Assembly: GCA_964016885.1 (NCBI GenBank)
Contig: OZ024759.1
Location: forward strand, 3,348,001 to 3,412,000
DNA: 64,000 nt
Origin: Eledone cirrhosa
Taxonomy: Eukaryota
Reading direction: 5' to 3'
The notes under the pieces were generated by a model. It did not search any database and had not been told where the DNA came from. It saw only the letters and a program-made list of their open reading frames with translations. The position numbers and the translations under genes were made by a program. Positions within the stretch are counted from its first letter, which is position 1, and every line of letters begins with the position of its first letter. Of this stretch, positions 1 through 15,000 are shown piece by piece.

Positions 1-3000
1 TTTTTACCGTGTTGCCTACACGGCCACATTACAGCGTGGACTGTCTGGCGGGTTTTCTACGGCTGGATGCCCTTCCTAACACCAACTACGTTTACAGTGT
101 GGAACTGGGAGGTTTTTAGCGTGTTGCCTACACGGCCACATTACAGCGTGGACTGTCTGGCGGGTTTTCTACAGCTGGATGCCCTTCCTAACACCAACCA
201 CATTTACAGTGTGGACTGGGAGATTTTTACCGTGTTGCCTACACGGCCACATTACAGCGTGGACTGTCTGGCGGGTTATCTACGGCTGGATGCCCTTCCT
301 AACACCAACCACATTTACAGTGTGGGGATGGGAGGTTTTACCGTGTTGCCTACACAGCCACATTACAGCGTGGACTGTCTGGCGGGTTTTCTACAGCTGG
401 ATGCCCTTCCTAACACCAACTACGCTTACAGTGTGGAACTGGGAGGTTTTTTCCGTGTTGCCTACACGGCCACATTACAGCGTGGACTGTCTGGCGGGTT
501 TTCTACAGCTGGATGCCCTTCCTAACACCAACCACATTTACAGTGTGGACTGGGAGATTTTTACCGTGTTGCCTACACGGCCACATTACAGCGTGGACTG
601 TCTGGCGGGTTTTCTACGGCTGGATGCCCTTCCTAACACCAACCACATTTACAGTGTGGACTGGGAGGTTTTTACCGTGTTGCCTACACGGCCACATTAC
701 AGCGTGGACTGTCTGGCGGGTTTTCTACGGCTGGATGCCCTTCCTAACACCAACCACATTTACAGTGTGGACTGGGAGGTTTTTACCGTGTTGCCTACAA
801 GGCCACATTACAGCGTGGACTGTCTGGCGGGTTTTCTACGGCTGGATGCCCTTCCTAACACCAACCACATTTACAGTGTGGACTGGGAGATTTTTACCGT
901 GTTGCCTACACGGCCACATTACAGCGTGGACTGTCTGGCGGGTTTTCTACGGCTGGATGCCCTTCCTAACACCAACTACGTTTACAGTGTGGAACTGGGA
1001 GGTTTTTAGCGTGTTGCCTACACGGCCACATTACAGCGTGGACTGTCTGGCGGGTTTTCTACAGCTGGATGCCCTTCCTAACACCAACCACATTTACAGT
1101 GTGGACTGGGAGATTTTTACCGTGTTGCCTACACGGCCACATTACAGCGTGGACTGTCTGGCGGGTTTTCTACGGCTGGATGCCCTTCCTAACACCAACC
1201 ACATTTACAGTGTGGACTGGGAGGTTTTTACCGTGTTGCCTACACGGCCACATTACAGCGTGGACTGTCTGGCGGGTTATCTACGGCTGGATGCCCTTCC
1301 TAACACCAACCACATTTACAGTGTGGACTGGGAGGTTTTTACCGCGTTGCCTACACGGCCACATTACAGCGTGGACTGTCTGGCGGGTTTTCTACGGCTG
1401 GATGCCCTTCCTAACACCAACCACATTTACAGTGTGGGGCTGGGAGGTTTTTACCGTGTTGCCTACACGGCCACATTACAGCGTGGGCTGTCTGGCGGGT
1501 TTTGTACGGCTGGATGCCCTTCCTAACACCAACCACATTTACAGTGTGGGCTGGGAGGTTTTTACCGTGATGCCTACACGGCCACATTACAGCGTGGACT
1601 GTCTGGCGGGTTTTCTACAGCTGGATGCCCTTCCTAACACCAACCACATTTACAGTGTGGACTGGGAGATTTGTACCGTGTTGCCTACACGGCCACATTA
1701 CAGCGTGGACTGTTTGGCGGGTTTTCTACGGCTGGATGCCCTTCCTAACACCAACCACATTTACAGTGTGGACTGGGAGGTTTTTACCGTGTTGCCTACA
1801 CGGCCACATTACAGCGTGGACTGTCTGGCGGGTTTTCTACGGCTGGATGCCCTTCCTAACACCAACCAGATTTAGTGTGGGGTTGCGAGGTTTTTACCGT
1901 GTTGCCTACACGGCCACATTACAGCGTGGACTGTCTGGCAAGTTTTCTACGGCTGGATGCCTTTCCTAACATCAACCACATTTACAGTGTGGGGCTGGGA
2001 GGTTTTTACCGTGTTGCCTACACGGCCACATTACAGCGTGGATTGTCTGGCGGGTTTTCTACAGCTGGATGCCCTTCCTAACACCAACCACATTTACAGT
2101 GTGGGGCTGGGAGGTTTTTACCGTGTTGCCTACACGACCACATTACAGCATGGACTGTCTGGCGGGTTTTCTACAGCTGGATGCTCTTCCTAACACCAAC
2201 CACATTTACAGTGTGGACTGGGAGGTTTTTACCTTGTTGCCTACACGGCCACATTACAGCGTGGACTGTCTGGCGGGTTTTCTACGGCTGGATGCCCTTC
2301 CTAACACCAACCACATTTACAGTGTGTACTGGGAGGTTTTTACCGTGTTGCCTACAAGGCCACATTACAGCGTGGACTGTCTGGCGGGTTTTCTACGGCT
2401 GGATGCCCTTCCTAACACCAACCACATTTACATTGTGGACTGGGAGATTTTTACCGTGTTGCCTACACGGCCACATTACAGCGTGGACTGACTGGCGTGT
2501 TTTCTACAGCTGGATGCTCTTCCTAACACCAACCACATTTACAGTGTGGACTGGGAGATTTTTACCGTGTTGCCTACACGGCCACATTACAGCGTGGACT
2601 GTCTGGCGGGTTTTCTACGGCTGGATGCCCTTCCTAACACCAACCACATTTAGTGTGGGGTTGCGAGGTTTTTACCGTGTTGCCTACACGGCCACATTAC
2701 AGCGTGTACTGTCTGGCGGGTTTTCTACGGCTGGATGCCCTTCCTAACACCAACCACATTTACAGTGTGGGGCTGGGAGGTTTTTACCGTGTTGCCTACA
2801 CGGCCACATTACAGCGTGGACTGTCTGGCGGGTTTTCTACGGCTGGATGCCCTTCCTAACACCAACCACATTTACAGTGTGGGCTGGGAGGTTTTTACCG
2901 TGTTGCCTACACGGCCACATTACAGCGTGGACTGTCTGGCGAGTTTTCTACAGCTGGATGCCCTTCCTAACACCAACTACGCTTACAGTGTGGAACTGGG

Positions 3001-6000
3001 AGGTTTTTTCCGTGTTGCCTACACGGCCACATTACAGCGTGGACTGTCTGGCGGGTTTTCTACGGCTGGATGCCCTTCCTAACACCAACCACATTTACAG
3101 TGTGGACTGGGAGATTTTAACCGTGTTGCCTACACGGCCACATTACAGCGTGGACTGTCTGGCGGGTTTTCTACGGCTGGATGCCCTTCCTAACACCAAC
3201 CACATTTACAGTGTGGGCTGGGAGGTTTTTACCGTGTTGCTTACACGCCCACATTACAGCGTGGATTGTCTGGCGGGTTTTCTACAGCTGGATGCCCTTC
3301 CTAACACCAACTACGCTTACAGTGTGGAACTGGGAGGTTTTTTCCGTGTTGCCTACACGGCCACATTACAGCGTGGACTGTCTGGCGGGTTTTCTACATC
3401 TGGATGCCCTTCCTAACACCAACCACATTTACAGTGTGGACTGGGAGATTTTTACCGTGTTGCCTACACGGCCACATTACAGCGTGGACTGTCTGGCGGG
3501 TTTTCTACGGCTGGATGCCCTTCCTAACACCAACCACATTTACAGTGTGGGCTGGGAGGTTTTTACCGTGTTGCCTACACGGCCACATTACCACGTGGAC
3601 TGTCTGGCGGGTTTTCTACGGCTGGATGCCCTTCCTAACACCAACCACATTTACAGTGTGGACTGGGAGGTTTTTACCGTGTTGCCTACAAGGCCACATT
3701 ACAGCGTGGACTGTCTGGCGGGTTTTCTACGGCTGGATGCCCTTCCTAACACCAACCACATTTACAGTGTGGACTGGGAGATTTTTACCGTGTTGCCTAC
3801 ACGGCCACATTACAGCGTGGACTGTCTGGCGGGTTTTCTACGGCTGGATGCCCTTCCTAACACCAACTACGTTTACAGTGTGGAACTGGGAGGTTTTTAG
3901 CGTGTTGCCTACACGGCCACATTACAGCGTGGACTGTCTGGCGGGTTTTCTACAGCTGGATGCCCTTCCTAACACCAACCACATTTACAGTGTGGACTGG
4001 GAGATTTTTACCGTGTTGCCTACACGGCCACATTACAGCGTGGACTGTCTGGCGGGTTTTCTACGGCTGGATGCCCTTCCTAACACCAACCACATTTACA
4101 CTGTGGACTGGGAGGTTTTTACCGTGTTGCCTACACGGCCACATTACAGCGTGGACTGTCTGGCGGGTTTTCTACGGCTGGATGCCCTTCCTAACACCAA
4201 CCACATTTACAGTGTGGACTGGGAGGTTTTTACCGTGTTGCCTACACGGCCACATTACAGCGTGGACTGTCTGGCGGGTTTTCTACGGCTGGATGCCCTT
4301 CCTAACACCAACCACATTTACAGTGTGGACTGGGAGGTTTTTACCGTGTTGCCTACAAGGCCACATTACAGCGTGGACTGTCTGGCGGGTTTTCTATGGC
4401 TGGATGCCCTTCCTAACACCAACCACATTTACAGTGTGGACTGGGAGATTTTTACCGTGTTGCCTACACGGCCACATTACAGCGTGGACTGTCTGGCGGG
4501 TTTTCTACGGCTGGATGCCCTTCCTAACACCAACTACGTTTACAGTGTGGAACTGGGAGGTTTTTAGCGTGTTGCCTACACGGCCACATTACAGCGTGGA
4601 CTGTCTGGCGGGTTTTCTACAGCTGGATGCCCTTCCTAACACCAACCACATTTACAGTGTGGACTGGGAGATTTTTACCGTGTTGCCTACACGGCCACAT
4701 TACAGCGTGGACTGTCTGGCGGGTTTTCTACGGCTGGATGCCCTTCCTAACACCAACCACATTTACAGTGTGGACTGGGAGGTTTTTACCGTGTTGCCTA
4801 CACGGCCACATTACAGCGTGGACTGTCTGGCGGGTTATCTACGGCTGGATGCCCTTCCTAACACCAACCACATTTACAGTGTGGACTGGGAGGTTTTTAC
4901 CGCGTTGCCTACACGGCCACATTACAGCGTGGACTGTCTGGCGGGTTTTCTACGGCTGGATGCCCTTCCTAACACCAACCACATTTACAGTGTGGGGCTG
5001 GGAGGTTTTTACCGTGTTGCCTACACGGCCACATTACAGCGTGGGCTGTCTGGCGGGTTTTGTACGGCTGGATGCCCTTCCTAACACCAACCACATTTAC
5101 AGTGTGGACTGGGAGATTTGTACCGTGTTGCCTACACGGCCACATTACAGCGTGGACTGTTTGGCGGGTTTTCTACGGCTGGATGCCCTTCCTAACACCA
5201 ACCACATTTACAGTGTGGACTGGGAGGTTTTTACCGTGTTGCCTACACGGCCACATTACAGCGTGGACTGTCTGGCGGGTTTTCTACGGCTGGATGCCCT
5301 TCCTAACACCAACCAGATTTAGTGTTGGGTTGCGAGGTTTTTACCGTGTTGCCTACACGGCCACATTACAGCGTGGACTGTCTGGCAGGTTTTCTACGGC
5401 TGGATGCCTTTCCTAACACCAACCACATTTACAGTGTGGGGCTGGGAGGTTTTTACCGTGTTGCCTACACGGCCACATTACAGCGTGGATTGTCTGGCGG
5501 GTTTTTTTACAGCTGGATGCCCTTCCTAACACCAACCACATTTACAGTGTGGGGCTGGGAGGTTTTTACCGTGTTGCCTACACGACCACATTACAGCATG
5601 GACTGTCTGGCGGGTTTTCTACAGCTGGATGCTCTTCCTAACACCAACCACATTTACAGTGTGGACTGGGAGGTTTTTACCGTGTTGCCTACAAGGCCAC
5701 ATTACAGCGTGGACTGTCTGGCGGGTTTTCTACGGCTGGATGCCCTTCCTAACACCAACCACATTTACATTGTGGACTGGGAGATTTTTACCGTGTTGCC
5801 TACACGGCCACATTACAGCGTGGACTGACTGGCGGGTTTTCTACAGCTGGATGCTCTTCCTAACACCAACCACATTTACAGTGTGGACTGGGAGATTTTT
5901 ACCGTGTTGCCTACACGGCCACATTACAGCGTGGACTGTCTGGCGGGTTTTCTACGGCTGGATGCCCTTCCTAACACCAACCACATTTAGTGTGGGGTTG

Positions 6001-9000
6001 CGAGGTTTTTACCGTGTTGCCTACACGGCCACATTACAGCGTGTACTGTCTGGCGGGTTTTCTACGGCTGGATGCCCTTCCTAACACCAACCACATTTAC
6101 AGTGTGGGGCTGGGAGGTTTTTACCGTGTTGCCTACACGGCCACATTACAGCGTGGACTGTCTGGCGGGTTTTCTACGGCTGGATGCCCTTCCTAACACC
6201 AACCACATTTACAGTGTGGGCTGGGAGGTTTTTACCGTGTTGCCTACACGGCCACATTACAGCTTGGACTGTCTGGCGAGTTTTCTACAGCTGGATGCCC
6301 TTCCTAACACCAACTACGCTTACAGTGTGGAACTGGGAGGTTTTTTCCGTGTTGCCTACATGGCCACATTACAGCGTGGACTGACTGGCGTGTTTTCTAC
6401 AGCTGGATGCTCTTCCTAACACCAACCACATTTACAGTGTGGACTGGGAGATTTTTACCGTGTTGCCTACACGGCCACATTACAGCGTGGACTGTCTGGC
6501 GGGTTTTCTACGGCTGGATGCCCTTCCTAACACCAACCACATTTAGTGTGGGGTTGCGAGGTTTTTACCGTGTTGCCTACACGGCCACATTACAGCGTGT
6601 ACTGTCTGGCGGGTTTTCTACGGCTGGATGCCCTTCCTAACACCAACCACATTTACAGTGTGGACTGGGAGATTTTTACCGTGTTGCCTACACGGCCACA
6701 TTACAGCGTGGACTGTCTGGCGGGTTTTCTACGGCTGGATGCCCTTCCTAACACCAACTACGTTTACAGTGTGGAACTGGGAGGTTTTTAGCGTGTTGCC
6801 TACACGGCCACATTACAGCGTGGACTGTCTGGCGGGTTTTCTACAGCTGGATGCCCTTCCTAACACCAACCACATTTACAGTGTGGACTGGGAGATTTTT
6901 ACCGTGTTGCCTACACGGCCACATTACAGCGTGGACTGTCTGGCGGGTTTTCTACGGCTGGATGCCCTTCCTAACACCAACCACATTTACAGTGTGGACT
7001 GGGAGGTTTTTACCGTGTTGCCTACACGGCCACATTACAGCGTGGACTGTCTGGCGGGTTATCTACGGCTGGATGCCCTTCCTAACACCAACCACATTTA
7101 CAGTGTGGACTGGGAGGTTTTTACCGCGTTGCCTACACGGCCACATTACAGCGTGGACTGTCTGGCTGGTTTTCTACGGCTGGATGCCCTTCCTAACACC
7201 AACCACATTTACAGTGTGGGGCTGGGAGGTTTTACCGTGTTGCCTACACAGCCACATTACAGCGTGGACTGTCTGGCGGGTTTTCTACAGCTGGATGCCC
7301 TTCCTAACACCAACTACGTTTACAGTGTGGAACTGGGAGGTTTTTACCGTGTTGCCTACACGGCCACATTACAGCGTGGACTGTCTGGCGGGTTTTCTAC
7401 GGCTGGATGCCCTTCCTAACACCAACCATATTTACAGTGTGGACTGGGAGGTTTTTAGCGTGTTGCCTACACGGCCACATTACAGCGTGGACTGTCTGGC
7501 GGGTTTTCTACAGCTGGATGCCCTTCCTAACACCAACCACATTTACAGTGTGGACTGGGAGATTTTTACCGTGTTGCCTACACGGCCACATTACAGCGTG
7601 GACTGTCTGGCGGGTTTTCTACGGCTGGATGCCCTTCCTAACACCAACCACATTTACAGTGTGGACTGGGAGGTTTTTACCGTGTTGCCTACACGGCCAC
7701 ATTACAGCGTGGACTGTCTGGCGGGTTTTCTACGGCTGGATGCCCTTCCTAACACCAACCACATTTACAGTGTGGACTGGGAGGTTTTTACCGTGTTGCC
7801 TACAAGGCCACATTACAGCGTGGACTGTCTGGCGGGTTTTCTACGGCTGGATGCCCTTCCTAACACCAACCACATTTACAGTGTGGACTGGGAGATTTTT
7901 ACCGTGTTGCCTACACGGCCACATTACAGCGTGGACTGTCTGGCGGGTTTTCTACGGCTGGATGCCCTTCCTAACACCAACTACGTTTACAGTGTGGAAC
8001 TGGGAGGTTTTTAGCGTGTTGCCTACACGGCCACATTACAGCGTGGACTGTCTGGCGGGTTTTCTACAGCTGGATGCCCTTCCTAACACCAACCACATTT
8101 ACAGTGTGGACTGGGAGATTTTTACCGTGTTGCCTACACGGTTACATTACAGCGTGGACTGTCTGGCGGGTTTTCTACGGCTGGATGCCCTTCCTAACAC
8201 CAACCACATTTACAGTGTGGACTGGGAGGTTTTTACCGTGTTGCCTACACGGCCACATTACAGCGTGGACTGTCTGGCGGGTTATCTACGGCTGGATGCC
8301 CTTCCTAACACCAACCACATTTACAGTGTGGACTGGGAGGTTTTTACCGCGTTGCTTACACGGCCACATTACAGCGTGGACTATCTGGCGGGTTTTCTAC
8401 GGCTGGATGCCCTTCCTAACACCAACCACATTTACAGTGTGGGCTGGGAGGTTTTTACCGTGTTGCTTACACGCCCACATTACAGCGTGGACTGTCTGGC
8501 GGGTTTTCTACAGCTGGATGCCCTTCCTAACACCAACTACGCTTACAGTGTGGAACTGGGAGGTTTTTTCCGTGTTGCCTACACGGCCACATTACAGCGT
8601 GGACTGTCTGGCGGGTTTTCTACCGCTGGATGCCCTTCCTAACACCAACCACATTTACAGTGTGGACTGGGAGATTTTTACCGTGTTGCCTACACGGCCA
8701 CATTACAGCGTGGACTGTCTGGCGGGTTTTCTACGGCTGGATGCCCTTCCTAGCACCAACCACATTTACAGTGTGGACTGGAAGGTTTTTACCGTGTTGC
8801 CTACACGGCCACATTACAGCGTGGACTGTCTGGCGGGTTTTCTACGGCTGGATGCCCTTCCTAACACCAACCACATTTACAGTGTGGACTGGGAGGTTTT
8901 TACCGTGTTGCCTACAAGGCCACATTACAGCGTGGACTGTCTGGCGGGTTTTCTACGGCTGGATGCCCTTCCTAACACCAACCACATTTACATTGTGGAC

Positions 9001-12000
9001 TGGGAGATTTTTACCGTGTTGCCTACACGGCCACATTACAGCGTGGACTGACTGGCGGGTTTTCTACAGCTGGATGCTCTTCCTAACACCAACCACATTT
9101 ACAGTGTGGACTGGGAGATTTTTACCGTGTTGCCTACACGGCCACATTACAGCGTGGACTGTCTGGCGGGTTTTCTACGGCTGGATGCCCTTCCTAACAC
9201 CAACCACATTCAGTGTGGGGTTGCGAGGTTTTTACCGTGTTGCCTACACGGCCACATTACAGCGTGGACTGTCTGGCGGGTTTTCTACGGCTGGATGCCC
9301 TTCCTAACACCAACCACATTTACAGTGTGGGGCTGGGAGGTTTTTACCGTGTTGCCTACACGGCCACATTACAGCGTGGACTGTCTGGCGGGTTTTCTAC
9401 GGCTGGATGCCCTTCCTAACACCAACCACATTTACAGTGTGGGCTGGGAGGTTTTTACCGTGTTGCCTACACGGCCACATTACAGCGTGGACTGTCTGGC
9501 GGGTTTTCTACAGCTGGATGCCCTTCCTAACACCAACCACATTTACAGTGTGGACTGGGAGATTTTTACCGTGGTGCCTACACGGCCACATTACAGCGTG
9601 GACTGTCTGTCGGGTTTTCTACGGCTGGATGCCCTTCCTAACACCAACCACATTTACAGTGTGGACTGGGAGGTTTTTACCGTGTTGCCTAGACGGCCAC
9701 ATTACAGCGTGGACTGTCTGGCGGGTTTTCTACGGCTGAATGCCCTTCCTAACACCAACCACATTTACAGTGTGGACTGGGAGGTTTTTACCGTGTTGCC
9801 TACACGGCCACATTACAGCGTGGACTGTCTGGCGGGTTTTCTACGGCTGGATGCCCTTCCTAACACCAACCACATTTACAGTGTGGACTGGGAGGTTTTT
9901 ACCGTGTTGCCTACACGGCCACATTACAGCGTGGACTGTCTGGCGGGTTTTCTACGGCTGGATGCCCTTCCTAACACCAACTACGCTTACAGTGTGGAAC
10001 TGGGAGGTTTTTTCCGTGTTGCCTACACGGCCACATTACAGCGTGGACTGTCTGGCGGGTTTTCTACGGCTGGATGCCCTTCCTAACACCAACCACATTT
10101 ACAGTGTGGGCTGGGAGGTTTTTACCGTGTTGCTTACACGGCCACATTACAGCGTGGACTGTCTGGCGGGTTTTCTACAGCTGGATGCCCTTCCTAACAC
10201 CAACTACGCTTACAGTGTGGAACTGGGAGGTTTTTTCCGTGTTGCCTACACGGCCACATTACAGCGTGGACTGTCTGGCGGGTTTTCTACAGCTGGATGC
10301 CCTTCCTAACACCAACCACATTTACAGTGTGGACTGGGAGATTTTTACCGTGTTGCCTACACGGCCACATTACAGCGTGGACTGTCTGGCGGGTTTTCTA
10401 CGGCTGGATGCCCTTCCTAACACCAACCACATTTACAGTGTGGACTGGGAGGTTTTTACCGTGTTGCCTACACGGCCACATTACAGCGTGGACTGTCTGG
10501 CGGGTTTTCTACGGCTGGATGCCCTTCCTAACACCAACCACATTTAGTGTGGGGTTGCGAGGTTTTTACCGTGTTGCCTACACGGCCACATTACAGCGTG
10601 GACTGTCTGGCGGGTTTTCTACGGCTGGATGCCCTTCCTAACACCAACCACATTTACAGTGTGGGGCTGGGAGGTTTTTACCGTGTTGCCTACACGGCCA
10701 CATTACAGCGTGGACTGTCTGGCGCGTTTTCTACGGCTGGATGCCCTTCCTAACACCAACCACATTTACAGTGTGGGCTGGGAGGTTTTTACCGTGTTGC
10801 CTACACGGCCACATTACAGCGTGGACTGTCTGGCGGGTTTTCTACAGCTGGATGCCCTTCCTAACACCAACCACATTTACAGTGTGGACTGGGAGATTTT
10901 TACCGTGGTGCCTACACGGCCACATTACAGCGTGGACTGTCTGTCGGGTTTTCTACGGCTGGATGCCCTTCCTAACACCAACCACATTTACAGTGTGGAC
11001 TGGGAGGTTTTTACCGTGTTGCCTAGACGGCCACATTACAGCGTGGACTGTCTGGCGGGTTTTCTACGGCTGAATGCCCTTCCTAACACCAACCACATTT
11101 ACAGTGTGGACTGGGAGGTTTTTACCGTGTTGCCTACACGGCCACATTACAGCGTGGACTGTCTGGCGGGTTTTCTACGGCTGGATGCCCTTCCTAACAC
11201 CAACCACATTTACAGTGTGGACTGGGAGGTTTTTACCGTGTTGCCTACACGGCCACATTACAGCGTGGACTGTCTGGCGGGTTTTCTACGGCTGGATGCC
11301 CTTCCTAACACCAACTACGCTTACAGTGTGGAACTGGGAGGTTTTTTCCGTGTTGCCTACACGGCCACATTACAGCGTGGACTGTCTGGCGGGTTTTCTA
11401 CGGCTGGATGCCCTTCCTAACACCAACCACATTTACAGTGTGGGCTGGGAGGTTTTTACCGTGTTGCTTACACGGCCACATTACAGCGTGGACTGTCTGG
11501 CGGGTTTTCTACAGCTGGATGCCCTTCCTAACACCAACTACGCTTACAGTGTGAAACTGGGAGGTTTTTTCCGTGTTGCCTACACGGCCACATTACAGCG
11601 TGGACTGTCTGGCGGGTTTTCTACAGCTGGATGCCCTTCCTAACACCAACCACATTTACAGTGTGGACTGGGAGATTTTTACCGTGTTGCCTACACGGCC
11701 ACATTACAGCGTGGACTGTCTGGCGGGTTTTCTACGGCTGGATGCCCTTCCTAACACAAACCACATTTACAGTGTGGACTGGGAGGTTTTTACCGTGTTG
11801 CCTACACGGCCACATTACAGCGTGGACTGTCTGGCGGGTTATCTACGGCTGGATGCCCTTCCTAACACCAACCACATTTACAGTGTGGACTGGGAGGTTT
11901 TTACCGCGTTGCTTACACGGCCACATTACAGCGTGGACTATCTGGCGGGTTTTCTACGGCTGGATGCCCTTCCTAACACCAACCACATTTACAGTGTGGG

Positions 12001-15000
12001 CTGGGAGGTTTTTACCGTGTTGCTTACACGCCCACATTACAGCGTGGACTGTCTGGCGGGTTTTCTACAGCTGGATGCCCTTCCTAACACCAACTACGCT
12101 TACAGTGTGGAACTGGGAGGTTTTTTCCGTGTTGCCTACACGGCCACATTACAGCGTGGACTGTCTGGCGGGTTTTCTACCGCTGGATGCCCCTCCTAAC
12201 AGCAACCACATTTACAGTGTGGACTGGGAGATTTTTACCGTGTTGCCTACACGGCCACATTACAGCGTGGACTGTCTGGCGGGTTTTCTACGGCTGGATG
12301 CCCTTCCTAGCACCAACCACATTTACAGTGTGGACTGGAAGGTTTTTACCGTGTTGCCTACACGGCCACATTACAGCGTGGACTGTCTGGCGGGTTTTCT
12401 ACGGCTGGATGCCCTTCCTAACACCAACCACATTTACAGTGTGGACTGGGAGGTTTTTACCGTGTTGCCTACAAGGCCACATTACAGCGTGGACTGTCTG
12501 GCGGGTTTTCTACGGCTGGATGCCCTTCCTAACACCAACCACATTTACATTGTGGACTGGGAGATTTTTACCGTGTTGCCTACACGGCCACATTACAGCG
12601 TGGACTGACTGGCGGGTTTTCTACAGCTGGATGCTCTTCCTAACACCAACCACATTTACAGTGTGGACTGGGAGATTTTTACCGTGTTGCCTACACGGCC
12701 ACATTACAGCGTGGACTGTCTGGCGGGTTTTCTACGGCTGGATGCCCTTCCTAACACCAACCACATTTAGTGTGGGGTTGCGAGGTTTTTACCGTGTTGC
12801 CTACACGGCCACATTACAGCGTGGACTGTCTGGCGGGTTTTCTACGGCTGGATGCCCTTCCTAACACCAACCACATTTACAGTGTGGGGCTGGGAGGTTT
12901 TTACCGTGTTGCCTACACGGCCACATTACAGCGTGGACTGTCTGGCGGGTTTTCTACGGCTGGATGCCCTTCCTAACACCAACCACATTTACAGTGTGGG
13001 CTGGGAGGTTTTTACCGTGTTGCCTACACGGCCACATTACAGCGTGGACTGTCTGGCGGGTTTTCTACAGCTGGATGCCCTTCCTAACACCAACCACATT
13101 TACAGTGTGGACTGGGAGATTTTTACCGTGGTGCCTACACGGCCACATTACAGCGTGGACTGTCTGTCGGGTTTTCTACGGCTGGATGCCCTTCCTAACA
13201 CCAACCACATTTACAGTGTGGACTGGGAGGTTTTTACCGTGTTGCCTAGACGGCCACATTACAGCGTGGACTGTCTGGCGGGTTTTCTACGGCTGAATGC
13301 CCTTCCTAACACCAACCACATTTACAGTGTGGACTGGGAGGTTTTTACCGTGTTGCCTACACGGCCACATTACAGCGTGGACTGTCTGGCGGGTTTTCTA
13401 CGGCTGGATGCCCTTCCTAACACCAACCACATTTACAGTGTGGACTGGGAGGTTTTTACCGTGTTGCCTACACGGCCACATTACAGCGTGGACTGTCTGG
13501 CGGGTTTTCTACGGCTGGATGCCCTTCCTAACACCAACTACGCTTACAGTGTGGAACTGGGAGGTTTTTTCCGTGTTGCCTACACGGCCACATTACAGCG
13601 TGGACTGTCTGGCGGGTTTTCTACGGCTGGATGCCCTTCCTAACACCAACCACATTTAGTGTGGGGTTGCGAGGTTTTTACCGTGTTGCCTACACGGCCA
13701 CATTACAGCGTGGACTGTCTGGCGGGTTTTCTACGGCTGGATGCCCTTCCTAACACCAACCACATTTACAGTGTGGGGCTGGGAGGTTTTTACCGTGTTG
13801 CCTACACGGCCACATTACAGCGTGGACTGTCTGGCGGGTTTTCTACGGCTGGATGCCCTTCCTAACACCAACCACATTTACAGTGTGGGCTGGGAGGTTT
13901 TTACCGTGTTGCCTACACGGCCACATTACAGCGTGGACTGTTTGGCGGGTTTTCTACAGCTGGATGCCCTTCCTAACACCAACCACATTTACAGTGTGGA
14001 CTGGGAGATTTTTACCGTGGTGCCTACACGGCCACATTACAGCGTGGACTGTCTGTCGGGTTTTCTACGGCTGGATGCCCTTCCTAACACCAACCACATT
14101 TACAGTGTGGACTGGGAGGTTTTTACCGTGTTGCCTAGACGGCCACATTACAGCGTGGACTGTCTGGCGGGTTTTCTACGGCTGAATGCCCTTCCTAACA
14201 CCAACCACATTTACAGTGTGGACTGGGAGGTTTTTACCGTGTTGCCTACACGGCCACATTACAGCGTGGACTGTCTGGCGGGTTTTCTACGGCTGGATGC
14301 CCTTCCTAACACCAACCACATTTACAGTGTGGACTGGGAGGTTTTTACCGTGTTGCCTACACGGCCACATTACAGCGTGGACTGTCTGGCGGGTTTTCTA
14401 CAGCTGGATGCCCTTCCTAACACCAACTACGCTTACAGTGTGGAACTGGGAGGTTTTTTCCGTGTTGCCTACACGGCCACATTACAGCGTGGACTGTCTG
14501 GCGGGTTTTCTACAGCTGGATGCCCTTCCTAACACCAACCACATTTACAGTGTGGACTGGGAGATTTTTACCGTGTTGCCTACACGGCCACATTACAGCG
14601 TGGACTGTCTGGCGGGTTTTCTACGGCTGGATGCCCTTCCTAACACCAACCACATTTACAGTGTGGACTGGGAGGTTTTTACCGTGTTGCCTACACGGCC
14701 ACATTACAGCGTGGACTGTCTGGCGGGTTTTCTACGGCTGGATGCCCTTCCTAACACCAACCACATTTACACTGTGGACTGGGAGGTTTTTACCGTGTTG
14801 CCTACAAGGCCACATTACAGCGTGGACTGTCTGGCGGGTTTTCTACGGCTGGATGCCCTTCCTAACACCAACTACGTTTACAGTGTGGAACTGGGAGGTT
14901 TTTAGCGTGTTGCCTACACGGCCACATTACAGCGTGGACTGTCTGGCGTGTTTTCTACAGCTGGATGCCCTTCCTAACACCAACCAGATTTACAGTGTGG

